In this document: piece after piece, positions 7,728 through 16,426 of the stretch
Layout: every line of letters begins with the position of its first letter
Position numbering within the stretch: the first letter of the stretch is position 1
Assembly (NCBI GenBank): GCA_003694635.1
Contig: RFKQ01000123.1
Location: forward strand, 1-50,889
Reading direction: 5' to 3'
Origin: Planctomycetota bacterium
Lineage (GTDB): Bacteria; Planctomycetota; J132
Length of the DNA: 50,889 nucleotides
Translations under genes and position numbers: made by a program
The notes under the pieces: generated by a model
The model's input: only the letters and a program-made list of their open reading frames with translations
What the model was told of the DNA's origin: nothing
The model's database searches: none

Positions 7728-8123
7728 CTATTGCTCATTTGCTCGCAACCGCTCCAACTCAAAGCGGTCGATTTTCACAGGCACCGCACCGTGGACAATA
7801 TAGCCCTCGCCTCGGCATTCGTAGCAAAGCCCCGTTTTGCGGCAGAGCTGGCAGTCCACCCAGATTTTTTCCTCATTCAGGTATTTTCCGCTACCGTGGC
7901 AGCTAGGGCAGTATCCCTCCCCTTCGCAGTGCCAGCAAACCTCAATCCCGCTGGTGTAGCGGAAAAACTTCTTGCATCTGTAGCAAAATTCCGTATGTGG
8001 TGCCACCACTTCCTTGCAGTAAGGGCACACCGGCACCCCCTGCTTGCTGTATTCCACCCCAGCTTGACAGCCGAACAGGAGGCAAACTCCCAAAACAATT
8101 ATCAAAATTTGCGCCAATTTCAT
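7728..8123 (-). CDS. Cys-rich lipoprotein with DnaJ-type CxxCxGxG zinc-finger repeats
   Basis: Lipobox LLFGC. Repeats CPYCKE, CYRCKK, CWHCEGEGYCPSCHGSGKY and CQLCRKTGLCYECRGEGY. Confidence 0.65.
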   Translation of the reverse strand: MKLAQILIIVLGVCLLFGCQAGVEYSKQGVPVCPYCKEVVAPHTEFCYRCKKFFRYTSGIEVCWHCEGEGYCPSCHGSGKYLNEEKIWVDCQLCRKTGLCYECRGEGYIVHGAVPVKIDRFELERLRANEQ

Positions 8124-8369
8124 AGTTTTTTACCTTATCTTTGGAGTTCATAATGCATTTTTACCGCCTTTTTTTAATTATAGCACTTGTTTGTTTGGTG
8201 TCAAGAAGAGGAAAGTATTCGTCCCTTCCAGAAAATAAATTAAAAAAAAATAATCCTTAAATTTAGGAAACCTCCCTCCCACTTCCCTGTCTAAGTGAGA
8301 GAAAACGCTCAAAAACACCTTATGCTTTCTTTCTCAAAATCTTCAAACAATTCAATAAGGAGAGAAAAA

Positions 8370-9983
8370 ATGCGGAGAAAAAAATCTGGATGGATTTTCG
8401 CTGCCATTGCTCTGACCTTTTCGATGATCGGCTGCTCCTCAAGAGCCTATAAATCCTCACCACTCACGGAGGCCAAAGGAAAAACCTGGGCAGCTCCTCA
8501 GTACGCAGGCGAAGAGCGATGGCAAGCCTCCTTAGATCGCCCTCACCAAGAAGAGAAAAACCAATGGAATCGCGAGCGCTATAAACGCATCTATGAAAAT
8601 CCCTTCCGGAGCGTCAAAGACCACCCTCTCTCCACCTTCTCCATCGACGTGGACACCGCTTCCTATTCCAACATTCGCCGCTTCCTGAATCGGAACCAAC
8701 GTCCCCCCAAGGATGCCGTCCGGATCGAAGAGCTGATCAACTACTTCTCCTACAACTACCCCAACCCCAAAGGCGAGGTCCCCTTCTCGGTCAATGTGGA
8801 AATCGCCGGCTGCCCTTGGAACCTAAAACATCGCCTGGTGCGCATTGGGCTCAAGGCCAAAACGGTGGAGTTTTCCAAACGCCCCCCGAGCAATTTGGTT
8901 TTCCTAATCGATGTCTCCGGCTCTATGGCCGCTCCCAATAAACTCCCCCTTTTGAAGAAGGCGTTTCGAATACTTCTCCAAAACCTTGGCGAAAAGGATA
9001 GGGTGGCCATCGTGGTCTACGCCGGCCAAGAAGGCCTAGTACTCCCTTCCACACCGTGCTCGCAAAAGGAAACCATCTTAAGCGCCCTGAACAACCTCGA
9101 ATCCGGAGGCTCCACCAATGGCGGAGCAGGCATTCAACTGGCTTATCGCGTGGCGGTGGAAAACTTTATCCCCGGCGGCATCAACCGCGTAATCCTCGCC
9201 ACAGACGGCGACTTCAACGTAGGCATCACCGACGAAGGCGCCTTGACCCGCCTGATCGAAGAAAAGGCCAAAAGCGGAATTTTCCTCACCGTTTTGGGGT
9301 TTGGCATGTACAACCTCAACGACTCCACCATGGAACAGCTCGCCGATAAGGGAAACGGAAACTACGCCTATATCGATACCATCCAAGAAGCGAGAAAAGT
9401 CCTCTCCGAAGAAATCAGCTCCACCCTGATCACCGTCGCCAAAGATGTGAAAATCCAAGTGGAATTCAACCCCCTCCAGGTGAGCGCCTATCGACTGATT
9501 GGCTATGAAAATCGAATTTTGAGAAAAGAAGACTTCAACGACGACAAAAAAGATGCCGGCGAAATCGGCGCCGGGCACACCGTCACCGCACTCTACGAAG
9601 TGGTGCCCGCTTGGCAATCCTCTCCCACCACCAACGTGGAACCTCTAAAATATCAGAGCGAACGAACCCTGACCAGCGCAGCCAAATCGGGGGAAATGCT
9701 CACCATTAAACTCCGCTACAAAGAACCCAACAGCGAGAAAAGCAAGCTGATCTCCTTCCCCATCACCGATCCGGGCAAAAAATGGTCCCAAGCTACCCCG
9801 GAATTTAAGTTTGCCGCCGCGGTGGCCGCCTTTGGAATGCTGCTAAGGGATTCAAAATTTAAAGGCAATTCCAACTTCAACATGGTCCTTGAGCTCGCCC
9901 AAGAAGGCCTCCCCTACGATAAATATGGCTACCGGCGAGAGTTCCTCTCTCTGGTGCAAAAAGCCAAAGAACTAAGCCAATAA
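8370..9983 (+). CDS. YfbK-like von Willebrand factor type A lipoprotein
   Basis: ATG at 8370 preceded by AAGGAGAG. Lipobox SMIGC. NPFRSVKDHPLSTFSIDVDTASYSNIRRFLNRNQRPPKDAVRIEELINYFSY (YfbK N-terminal signature), MIDAS DVSGSM, ATDGDFNVG, and a C-terminal DUF3520-like region. Confidence 0.85.
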   Translation: MRRKKSGWIFAAIALTFSMIGCSSRAYKSSPLTEAKGKTWAAPQYAGEERWQASLDRPHQEEKNQWNRERYKRIYENPFRSVKDHPLSTFSIDVDTASYSNIRRFLNRNQRPPKDAVRIEELINYFSYNYPNPKGEVPFSVNVEIAGCPWNLKHRLVRIGLKAKTVEFSKRPPSNLVFLIDVSGSMAAPNKLPLLKKAFRILLQNLGEKDRVAIVVYAGQEGLVLPSTPCSQKETILSALNNLESGGSTNGGAGIQLAYRVAVENFIPGGINRVILATDGDFNVGITDEGALTRLIEEKAKSGIFLTVLGFGMYNLNDSTMEQLADKGNGNYAYIDTIQEARKVLSEEISSTLITVAKDVKIQVEFNPLQVSAYRLIGYENRILRKEDFNDDKKDAGEIGAGHTVTALYEVVPAWQSSPTTNVEPLKYQSERTLTSAAKSGEMLTIKLRYKEPNSEKSKLISFPITDPGKKWSQATPEFKFAAAVAAFGMLLRDSKFKGNSNFNMVLELAQEGLPYDKYGYRREFLSLVQKAKELSQ

Positions 9984-10098
9984 CTCCCTCCTCTGCACCG
10001 CTGGAAAATCCTCGTCCAGGGTTTTCCAGCCCTCCCTCCTCCAGCATTTTGTTCCTCTAGGCGATACCTGAAGACTTCGCAACTTCGAAAACCTCCCT

Positions 10099-12129
10099 CT
10101 AAAGCCAAAACGGAAACTGGCACCCTAGCCCTCCCTTCCAGCCCTGTTCAACCAAACGACCAATCTCCTCCCCCCTCAACAGCGGCGCCGGAAGAGAGGA
10201 AAAGCGCCTGATCCCCGATAAAAAACAAAAAGGAACCATCCCCCGCAACGCCCGCTCTATCCCCCCCTCCGACCTCAACCACAACGGCTGAGCAAGTGTC
10301 CCTCCATAAGGCGGGGTTTTGCTCACCCAAAACGCCTCCGTGTCGCTGATCCGAAACACCGCCCCCAACGGAGGCGATTCCACCCACCCGCGGCGAAGAG
10401 CATAAATCCTAGGCGCACCCTTGGTCATTAGCTCCAACAAATCCCCACCCCTTGGCCGAGCAAATTCCTCCCACTCCTGGCGCTCCTTCTGAGAAAGCCT
10501 CCCCCACACCTGCACAAAAATCCGCCTCTCCACCCAATTTCCCAAAAGAGCAGGCCAGCTCTCCCCTTCCTCCAACACCCCAAGCCGGTAGCCCAAAAAA
10601 ACCCCCTCATGGGAATACGCGCGCAAAAAATAACCCCGCCTCCCCTCCCATTCCGGAGAAAATACCCTCTGCAGCCCCACCACCACCTCCCCCACCTCGG
10701 ACTGAATCCGGAAAAGACTATGCCCCGTTCGCACCAAAATCGCCACCACCACATCCTGCAAACGCTCCCGACGGCGCAGCCCCGAAGGGTACACCCATAC
10801 GCAGGGAACACCGCCAGATTTTTGTAGCGTCAGATAGCGCAAACGAAGAAGGGCATTCCGCTGGGACAGAGGAGAAGAGCGAGGCAAAAAATAAAGAAAA
10901 ATATGACTATCTTCCCGCCTTTCCAAAAACGCCTCTAGCTTGGAAAAATCCGCCGTGTAAAGCTTCGTTTGAAAAGCTAGCACGGATTGGATCCCAAAGC
11001 TTTTCAACTCTTGCCGGAGATGATACAAAAAATTTTTTACAGAAAGCCTGGTAAAATGGACAATTCCTAAGCGAATTTCCTCAGAGAGAAAAGGACTCCG
11101 CCCGCAAATACCCGCCCGCTGAATGCAGCTGTACATTTCCGTCCCTCCCCACTCCACCTCCTCCCCCGTCGCTAGCCTTACCTTGCGGCCAAGCCCCAAC
11201 TCCTCTAAAGAAGGAAAGCAACTCGGATGGGTGTCGCTCCGGTAAGCGTCCGAAAGGTAGCCCCGAGCCTTCAAAAGAGCGGCAACCTTTCCAATAAGCT
11301 GAATCCGCAACCGCACCGGCATGGAAAGCGCTTTCCACGCCAGGGAGGACTTTAGGCCAAACCGCTCAAAGTCCCTCGGGCGCAGATGAATGTAAAGGGC
11401 ACCACTTGCGTAGTCGTAAGTGTAGCGCTCCGTCTGAATCTGGACCACCCATTGCTCCCCGCCAGCCCGCTCCAAAAAACGCTGCATCCAAGGCTCCTGC
11501 GAAAGGGAGATCAAACGCCTCCGATGATCCGATAAGCGCCCGATAACCTTGCCAACCCTTCCCTCCAAAAACGTATCCTTGGCCAACACCCCCAACCCCA
11601 CCAACCCCTGCAAGTCCGCAGAGGTTTGGCTAAATTCCCAAAGATCCAGCTTGTGAACCAAGTACGAGCGAATGGAGAGGGAAAGGGAGGGCCTACCCTC
11701 CACCACCCACGGGCGCAATTCGCACCAGCGCAACACCTTCGCCACCCCAAAACTCTGGCCTTGAGCCAAAAGTATCTTGGGAGTGAGCAAATCCTGCAAA
11801 ATCATCCCCCGACGCAGAAATTCCAAACGAGCCAGATCATCGCCCTGCCAATCGGGCAACAGCTCCAGGTTTTGCAAAGGGCTAAAAACCTCCCGCTGCC
11901 GCTGCCATAAACGCTCCAAAAACTCCCATTTTTGCGCCTCCTCCAGCCGATAATCGCTCAAAATCCACTCCCGATGCCATATCCAATGCCCCGTGGGAAA
12001 AGCCCGATGCAGCTCGTACAACAGCTTGCCAATCAGGGAAAAATCCCCCGCCTCCGCCACAGGACGATAGGCGTAAAGAGAAGGGAGCTTTTGAAAACTT
12101 ACCGGAAAAACCTCCGCCAATAGGCGCAT
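10099..12129 (-). CDS. Highly diverged long prokaryotic Argonaute-like protein, predicted catalytically inactive
   Basis: ~676 aa, similar to TtAgo at 685 aa. C-terminal blocks are colinear with the remembered TtAgo MID/PIWI sequence: GEVVVGLQRV vs AELAVGFDAG, RRIFVQVWGRLSQKE vs SRVLLLRDGRVPQDE, DLLELMTKGAPRIYALRRG vs DLVSVRKSGGGRVYPVQG, GTLAQPLWLRSE vs GTPRPLKLVHE, SSLPAPLLRGEEIGRLVEQG vs RLPAPLHLADRLVKEVGRLG. Hydrophobic C-terminus. ATG at 12129, two codons after a TTG at 12135. Confidence 0.55.
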   Translation of the reverse strand: MRLLAEVFPVSFQKLPSLYAYRPVAEAGDFSLIGKLLYELHRAFPTGHWIWHREWILSDYRLEEAQKWEFLERLWQRQREVFSPLQNLELLPDWQGDDLARLEFLRRGMILQDLLTPKILLAQGQSFGVAKVLRWCELRPWVVEGRPSLSLSIRSYLVHKLDLWEFSQTSADLQGLVGLGVLAKDTFLEGRVGKVIGRLSDHRRRLISLSQEPWMQRFLERAGGEQWVVQIQTERYTYDYASGALYIHLRPRDFERFGLKSSLAWKALSMPVRLRIQLIGKVAALLKARGYLSDAYRSDTHPSCFPSLEELGLGRKVRLATGEEVEWGGTEMYSCIQRAGICGRSPFLSEEIRLGIVHFTRLSVKNFLYHLRQELKSFGIQSVLAFQTKLYTADFSKLEAFLERREDSHIFLYFLPRSSPLSQRNALLRLRYLTLQKSGGVPCVWVYPSGLRRRERLQDVVVAILVRTGHSLFRIQSEVGEVVVGLQRVFSPEWEGRRGYFLRAYSHEGVFLGYRLGVLEEGESWPALLGNWVERRIFVQVWGRLSQKERQEWEEFARPRGGDLLELMTKGAPRIYALRRGWVESPPLGAVFRISDTEAFWVSKTPPYGGTLAQPLWLRSEGGIERALRGMVPFCFLSGIRRFSSLPAPLLRGEEIGRLVEQGWKGGLGCQFPFWL

Positions 12130-12306
12130 GATCAAAATTTTTCCTTCGGGCTATTGAATGAAACTGTGCCGGAGGAAACCTACTCGCTCCTGTCCAAAAA
12201 CCGTCAGTATAGCGTCGCTAAATCTGAACGAAATTCCTATTTTATGCAAATCAAGAGAGCATTCAAGAAAAAAACGATAATCTTTGTCCTTAAAGTCCTT
12301 AAACAA

Positions 12307-13080
12307 TCATTCCGCCCCCACTTGAGCGGAAATGGGAGGGAGGACAAATACCTCCGAAAAGTCCGTCAGCGAATGAAATGGCTCCACCTCCACTCGCAGA
12401 AATACCTTGGCCCGCCCTTGGACCGACTTCACCCGCCCCACAAGCGCCCCCGGCGGGAAACATCCCTCCCAACCAGTGGCCACCAGTACATCCCCCTCGC
12501 GGACATCGGCATCAAACTGCAAATGCTTGGAGACCAATTTCCCCACCGCCTCCCCCTGCAAAATAAACGTCTGCCGAGTTCGCCGGTTGCGCACAGAAAT
12601 CTTAAAACTCCCTAGCAAAGCCACTCTCGCAAGATGGGAATAGACCATCTCCACCCTTCCCACCACCTGCTTTCCCACTAAAACAGCAGAATGAAGGCGC
12701 ACCCCTTCCCTCTCTCCTGCCGAAATGTAGAGCTTTTTCTCAAACGGCGACGGGGAAAACACCCAAACCACCTGAGCCGAAATCACCTCCCGACGGGAAG
12801 AGAGCACCACCCTCAACTGCCGAAATTGCGCCAATATTTCCTTGAAACGAAGGATTTGAACCTGAAGCTGAGCCAATTTCTCAGAAGTGCCCTCCCCTCG
12901 TTTGGAAACAGACACACGAGGCAAATGCCTCCAAAACAAAGGGGAAATCCAACCATATACCCCCGCATATTTCAACAACAGCGGCGTAGCCAACAAAATA
13001 AAAAACAAAAGCACTCCCCAAATACGCCGATCAAGCATAACCCTAAGCCGCCTCCTCCATATCCTCCAATAAGCTCGCAT
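12307..13080 (-). CDS. mreC: Rod shape-determining protein MreC
   Basis: N-terminal TM, coiled-coil (LAQLQVQILRFKEILAQ), then beta-rich core ISAQVV..LYISAGEREGVRLHSAVLVGKQVVGRVEMV..ARVALL..REGDVLVATGWEGCFPPGALVGRVKSV. An alternative ATG at 13038 (MLDRRIW) would remove the 38-nt overlap with mreB. TGA stop. Confidence 0.85.
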   Translation of the reverse strand: MRAYWRIWRRRLRVMLDRRIWGVLLFFILLATPLLLKYAGVYGWISPLFWRHLPRVSVSKRGEGTSEKLAQLQVQILRFKEILAQFRQLRVVLSSRREVISAQVVWVFSPSPFEKKLYISAGEREGVRLHSAVLVGKQVVGRVEMVYSHLARVALLGSFKISVRNRRTRQTFILQGEAVGKLVSKHLQFDADVREGDVLVATGWEGCFPPGALVGRVKSVQGRAKVFLRVEVEPFHSLTDFSEVFVLPPISAQVGAE

Positions 13081-14092
13081 AAAAATCCAAATTCTCCAAA
13101 AACACCCCCGTCCCCCGCACCACGCAAGTCAACGGATCCTCCGCCACCCGAACCTCCAACCCCAAACGGCTCGCAAAAAACGCATCGATCTTTGGCAACA
13201 ATGCACCACCGCCCGATAGGGTGATGCCCTTTTCCGCTAAATCCGCCGCCAACTCCGCCGACGCCTTCTCCAACACCCCCTCAATGGCCTGCCCAATCTT
13301 CTCCAAACACGGCACAATCGCCTCGCGAACCTCCTGCGAATGCAGCTCCACCGACGCAGGCCTCCCGTCTAACCCCTTCCCCCGCACCAGCATGCTCAAC
13401 TCCTGCTCCAGCTCCATCGCCGAACCCAAGCGAAGCTTGATCCGCTCCGTGGTCTGCTCCCCCACCACAAGCTGATGGCGCTGGCGCACATAGTCCCGTA
13501 TCGCCTTGTCCATCTCGTCCCCCCCGATTTTCACGCTGTCAGCGATCACAATATCGGTGAGCGAAAGAATGGCAATCTCCGTGGTCCCCCCCCCAATATC
13601 CACGATCATATTGGCGCTAGGCTCCTCAATCTTCAAACCGGCCCCAATGCCCGCAGCCAAACACTCCTCAATCAAGTACACCTGCCGCGCTCCAGCCTTT
13701 TGCGCAGACGTGTAAACCGCTTTCCTACCCACCTGAGGAATGTTGTAAGGCACAGCAATCACCACAAGAGGACGCACAAACATCCTCTGATTGTGCACCT
13801 TTCTGATAAAATAGCGCAACATCATCTCCGCCACATCGTAATCGGAAATGACCCCCTCCCGCAACGGCCGCACCACCTCCACCTTCGACGGAGCCTTGCC
13901 TAGCATCTCTTTGGCTAAATGCCCCACCGCCTCCCCCTCCATCAACACCTCTTGAGTATCCCGCCTCACCGCCACCACCGACGGCTCTCGCAACACCACC
14001 CCCTCCCCACGAACATACACCAGCGTGTTCGCTGTGCCCAAATCTATCCCCATATCAGTGGAAAATCGACCCCAAAGCTTATTCCAAAACAT
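13043..14092 (-). CDS. mreB: Rod shape-determining actin homologue MreB
   Basis: 349 aa. DMGIDLGTANTLVYVRGEGVVLREPSVVA, IAVPYNIPQVGRKAVYTSAQKAGARQVYLIEECLAAGIGAGL, MIVDIGGGTTEIAILSL, ITLSGGGALL. Confidence 0.95.
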   Translation of the reverse strand: MFWNKLWGRFSTDMGIDLGTANTLVYVRGEGVVLREPSVVAVRRDTQEVLMEGEAVGHLAKEMLGKAPSKVEVVRPLREGVISDYDVAEMMLRYFIRKVHNQRMFVRPLVVIAVPYNIPQVGRKAVYTSAQKAGARQVYLIEECLAAGIGAGLKIEEPSANMIVDIGGGTTEIAILSLTDIVIADSVKIGGDEMDKAIRDYVRQRHQLVVGEQTTERIKLRLGSAMELEQELSMLVRGKGLDGRPASVELHSQEVREAIVPCLEKIGQAIEGVLEKASAELAADLAEKGITLSGGGALLPKIDAFFASRLGLEVRVAEDPLTCVVRGTGVFLENLDFYASLLEDMEEAA

Positions 14093-14478
14093 TTCATCTT
14101 CTGCTCTTAAATGAAAGCGCTTTTATGAGAATTGCTGAGGTGCATGTGTTTCCCTTCTTGAAAATGCGCTTGATTCAACAACATGTTGTGATAAAATAAT
14201 AAATAAAATGTTCTCTCCTCTCCACCACCGCATCTCTTCTCCTAAAAACAACCCCAAACAGGGGAGGTAAAGAAAAATCTTCTTCTTTCGTTCGTTAACC
14301 CTTCAGAATTTCCTATGAAGTTATCGTCCAAAAAAATAAAAAAGTTTATAAAAAACTCCATAAACCTTAAATTTTCTACCTAACCCGTGAAACGAAAAAA
14401 AGTAAAAAATGAATGGAAAAATGGAACAGAATCTTAAAACAAAGAATATCACCGCTCCGACCCAAGGGAGATATGCCA

Positions 14479-16422
14479 ATGGGACCAAACGCATATAATT
14501 TAAAGACATGCGGCTTTCTGCTAGCTGCTGGACTACTTTCCCTCCTCAGCGGCTGCTCCACCGCAGACTACCGGGAATTAACCCAATCCAAACTGAAAAC
14601 AAAAAAGAAAACCTACGCCTTCTCCACCCTTCAAAAAACCTCCCCCCTCTCCCTAAAAGTCGCCCTTATGCCCCTCAAAACCTCCTACCTAGACAAAGAA
14701 AAAGAGCGAAAAAAAATCGAAAAAAACAACCCCGAAATCCATACCGTCCAAATCGAAAAAAACAAATTCCTCCAGCGCATCCAATCAGTGCTGAAAAAAG
14801 CAAACGTCTTCCAAAGCGTGGATATAGCCCAACCCATCGACGAAGAAGAACTCCACATCAAAAATCCAACCGAACGAAGGAAAAAACTCCTAGAACTTTA
14901 CCTCACCCAAGCTTGGATGAAACAACAAGACCTCCTCCTTGAATTCGACTTGAAAGAGTACAAACTCGCTTACAAAGGCGTAAGCACATGGCGCTACATT
15001 TTTGCCATGTTTACGTGGTTCTACGTCTGGTTCCCCTCCTGGTGGATAGCGGATGAAAAATACGAAGCCCATATTATTCTTAAAACAAAAGTATATAGCG
15101 TTCATTCCAAAAAACTATTGGCTACGTATCGCATCGAAAAAAAACACCTCGACTACCTCGATGACTGGGACCGAGGCTGGAAAATTCTCGGAATCTGGAC
15201 CGTTCCCTCCTACCTCTCCAACTCCAACTGGGAAGATATCAACAACTGCACCGGCAAATATACCCTCAACCAGGTCTGGCTCGCACTCATCAAAAAGTTT
15301 AAAGTGGACTTCCGCCGCTATCTGCGAACTCCTGAATTTGAGGATAAAATGAAAAAAACCCTGGCGATTGTCATCGGCCTTTCCAAATACGAAGATACCG
15401 CCATCCCTAGCGGAGTGCAGTACGGAGCAAACGATGCGAGAAAACTCGCTCAGTTCCTCACCCCAAAAGTACGTCGCCTCCACCTCCTCGTGGACAGCCA
15501 GGCTAGCAAAGCGAAAATCGAGGAACTCCTCGAGAATTTTTTTGCCAAAAGAGTGCGTTCTTGGGACACGGTTGTGTTTTATTTCTCCGGATTTGGCGTC
15601 GCCCTACCCACTGACAAGAGGGACTACACGCTCTACCTCGTGCCCTACCGGGCAAAAGTAAACAACCTCGCCAATACGGCGATTCCTGTCCAAAAGCTGC
15701 TCCAAGCCATCACCGCCCTTCCCGCCAAGCACCACTGGATCTTTCTAGACACCTCCTTCGGGGGTACCAGCGAGGGAAAATCCCTCACCCGGGAAGTGCT
15801 AGGCATAGAGACGAAATGGAAGCGAGTGTCTTTTGACCAGCGGAACCAGTGGAAAAATCAATTTGCCCAGCAACTGGAGAAAGCCGCCCAAAAAACCTTT
15901 AGCTCCCTTGCAAATACCACCGTCCTCCTACCCTGCCACCCCGTCCAAGACTGCCTACAACTCCACGAAAACCAGCAGGGCCTGTTCAATTTTTTCCTTC
16001 TGAAATCGTTTTCAAAATACACCAAAGGACGCTCGATATCCTTTTTCGAAGCCTATCGGTATATGAAGCGAAAAATTCTTTCTCAGGCAAAACGGAGAAA
16101 CCGAAAAAAGCAAATTCTCCAACGCTTTTACAAAAAATTTATTTTCGATATGAATTATTCCCTAAAAAAAGACCTAAACTCTGGCAAGTGGACTCCATCC
16201 TTGCAAGAAGTGTTTCAACTCAACCAAATCTCCCTCCCGGCCAATATCATCGTGCGGGTTATCGAACCCAATCAGCGTTGGAGAATCCATAGCCCCGATA
16301 CCAACCAAGTGTTCATCATTCAAGCCAAAAAGGAAAACCTTCAAGTCTTTGAAGAGGTTCCACTCGCCCTTAGCTATGCCATTCCAACCCATTCCATCCA
16401 CCACTGCCCAAAGGGAGCCTAA
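14479..16422 (+). CDS. Lipoprotein with caspase-fold (Peptidase C14-like) domain lacking the catalytic His/Cys dyad
   Basis: GGGAG sits 8 nt before the ATG at 14479. Lipobox LLSGC. Caspase-like core LAIVIGLSKYEDTAIPSGVQYGANDARKLAQFL..VVFYFSGFGVAL..YLVPYRA..HHWIFLDTSFGG, where SGHG is SGFG (Phe codon 15592-15594) and D-x-C-H-S-G is DTSFGG (Ser codon 15754-15756). Confidence 0.6.
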   Translation: MGPNAYNLKTCGFLLAAGLLSLLSGCSTADYRELTQSKLKTKKKTYAFSTLQKTSPLSLKVALMPLKTSYLDKEKERKKIEKNNPEIHTVQIEKNKFLQRIQSVLKKANVFQSVDIAQPIDEEELHIKNPTERRKKLLELYLTQAWMKQQDLLLEFDLKEYKLAYKGVSTWRYIFAMFTWFYVWFPSWWIADEKYEAHIILKTKVYSVHSKKLLATYRIEKKHLDYLDDWDRGWKILGIWTVPSYLSNSNWEDINNCTGKYTLNQVWLALIKKFKVDFRRYLRTPEFEDKMKKTLAIVIGLSKYEDTAIPSGVQYGANDARKLAQFLTPKVRRLHLLVDSQASKAKIEELLENFFAKRVRSWDTVVFYFSGFGVALPTDKRDYTLYLVPYRAKVNNLANTAIPVQKLLQAITALPAKHHWIFLDTSFGGTSEGKSLTREVLGIETKWKRVSFDQRNQWKNQFAQQLEKAAQKTFSSLANTTVLLPCHPVQDCLQLHENQQGLFNFFLLKSFSKYTKGRSISFFEAYRYMKRKILSQAKRRNRKKQILQRFYKKFIFDMNYSLKKDLNSGKWTPSLQEVFQLNQISLPANIIVRVIEPNQRWRIHSPDTNQVFIIQAKKENLQVFEEVPLALSYAIPTHSIHHCPKGA

Positions 16423-16426
16423 AAAA

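Noticed and set aside
9078-9617. 179-aa minus-strand ORF inside the YfbK-like gene. Similar long antisense ORFs occur at 10452-11054, 12691-13224, 13475-13903, 27763-28464, 31180-31683, 31782-32222, 47057-47518 and 48647-49105.
   Set aside because: All are antisense to ORFs with clear family motifs. They have low-complexity Pro/Gly/Arg/Phe-rich translations and lack ribosome-binding sites. They are by-products of the strand compositional bias.
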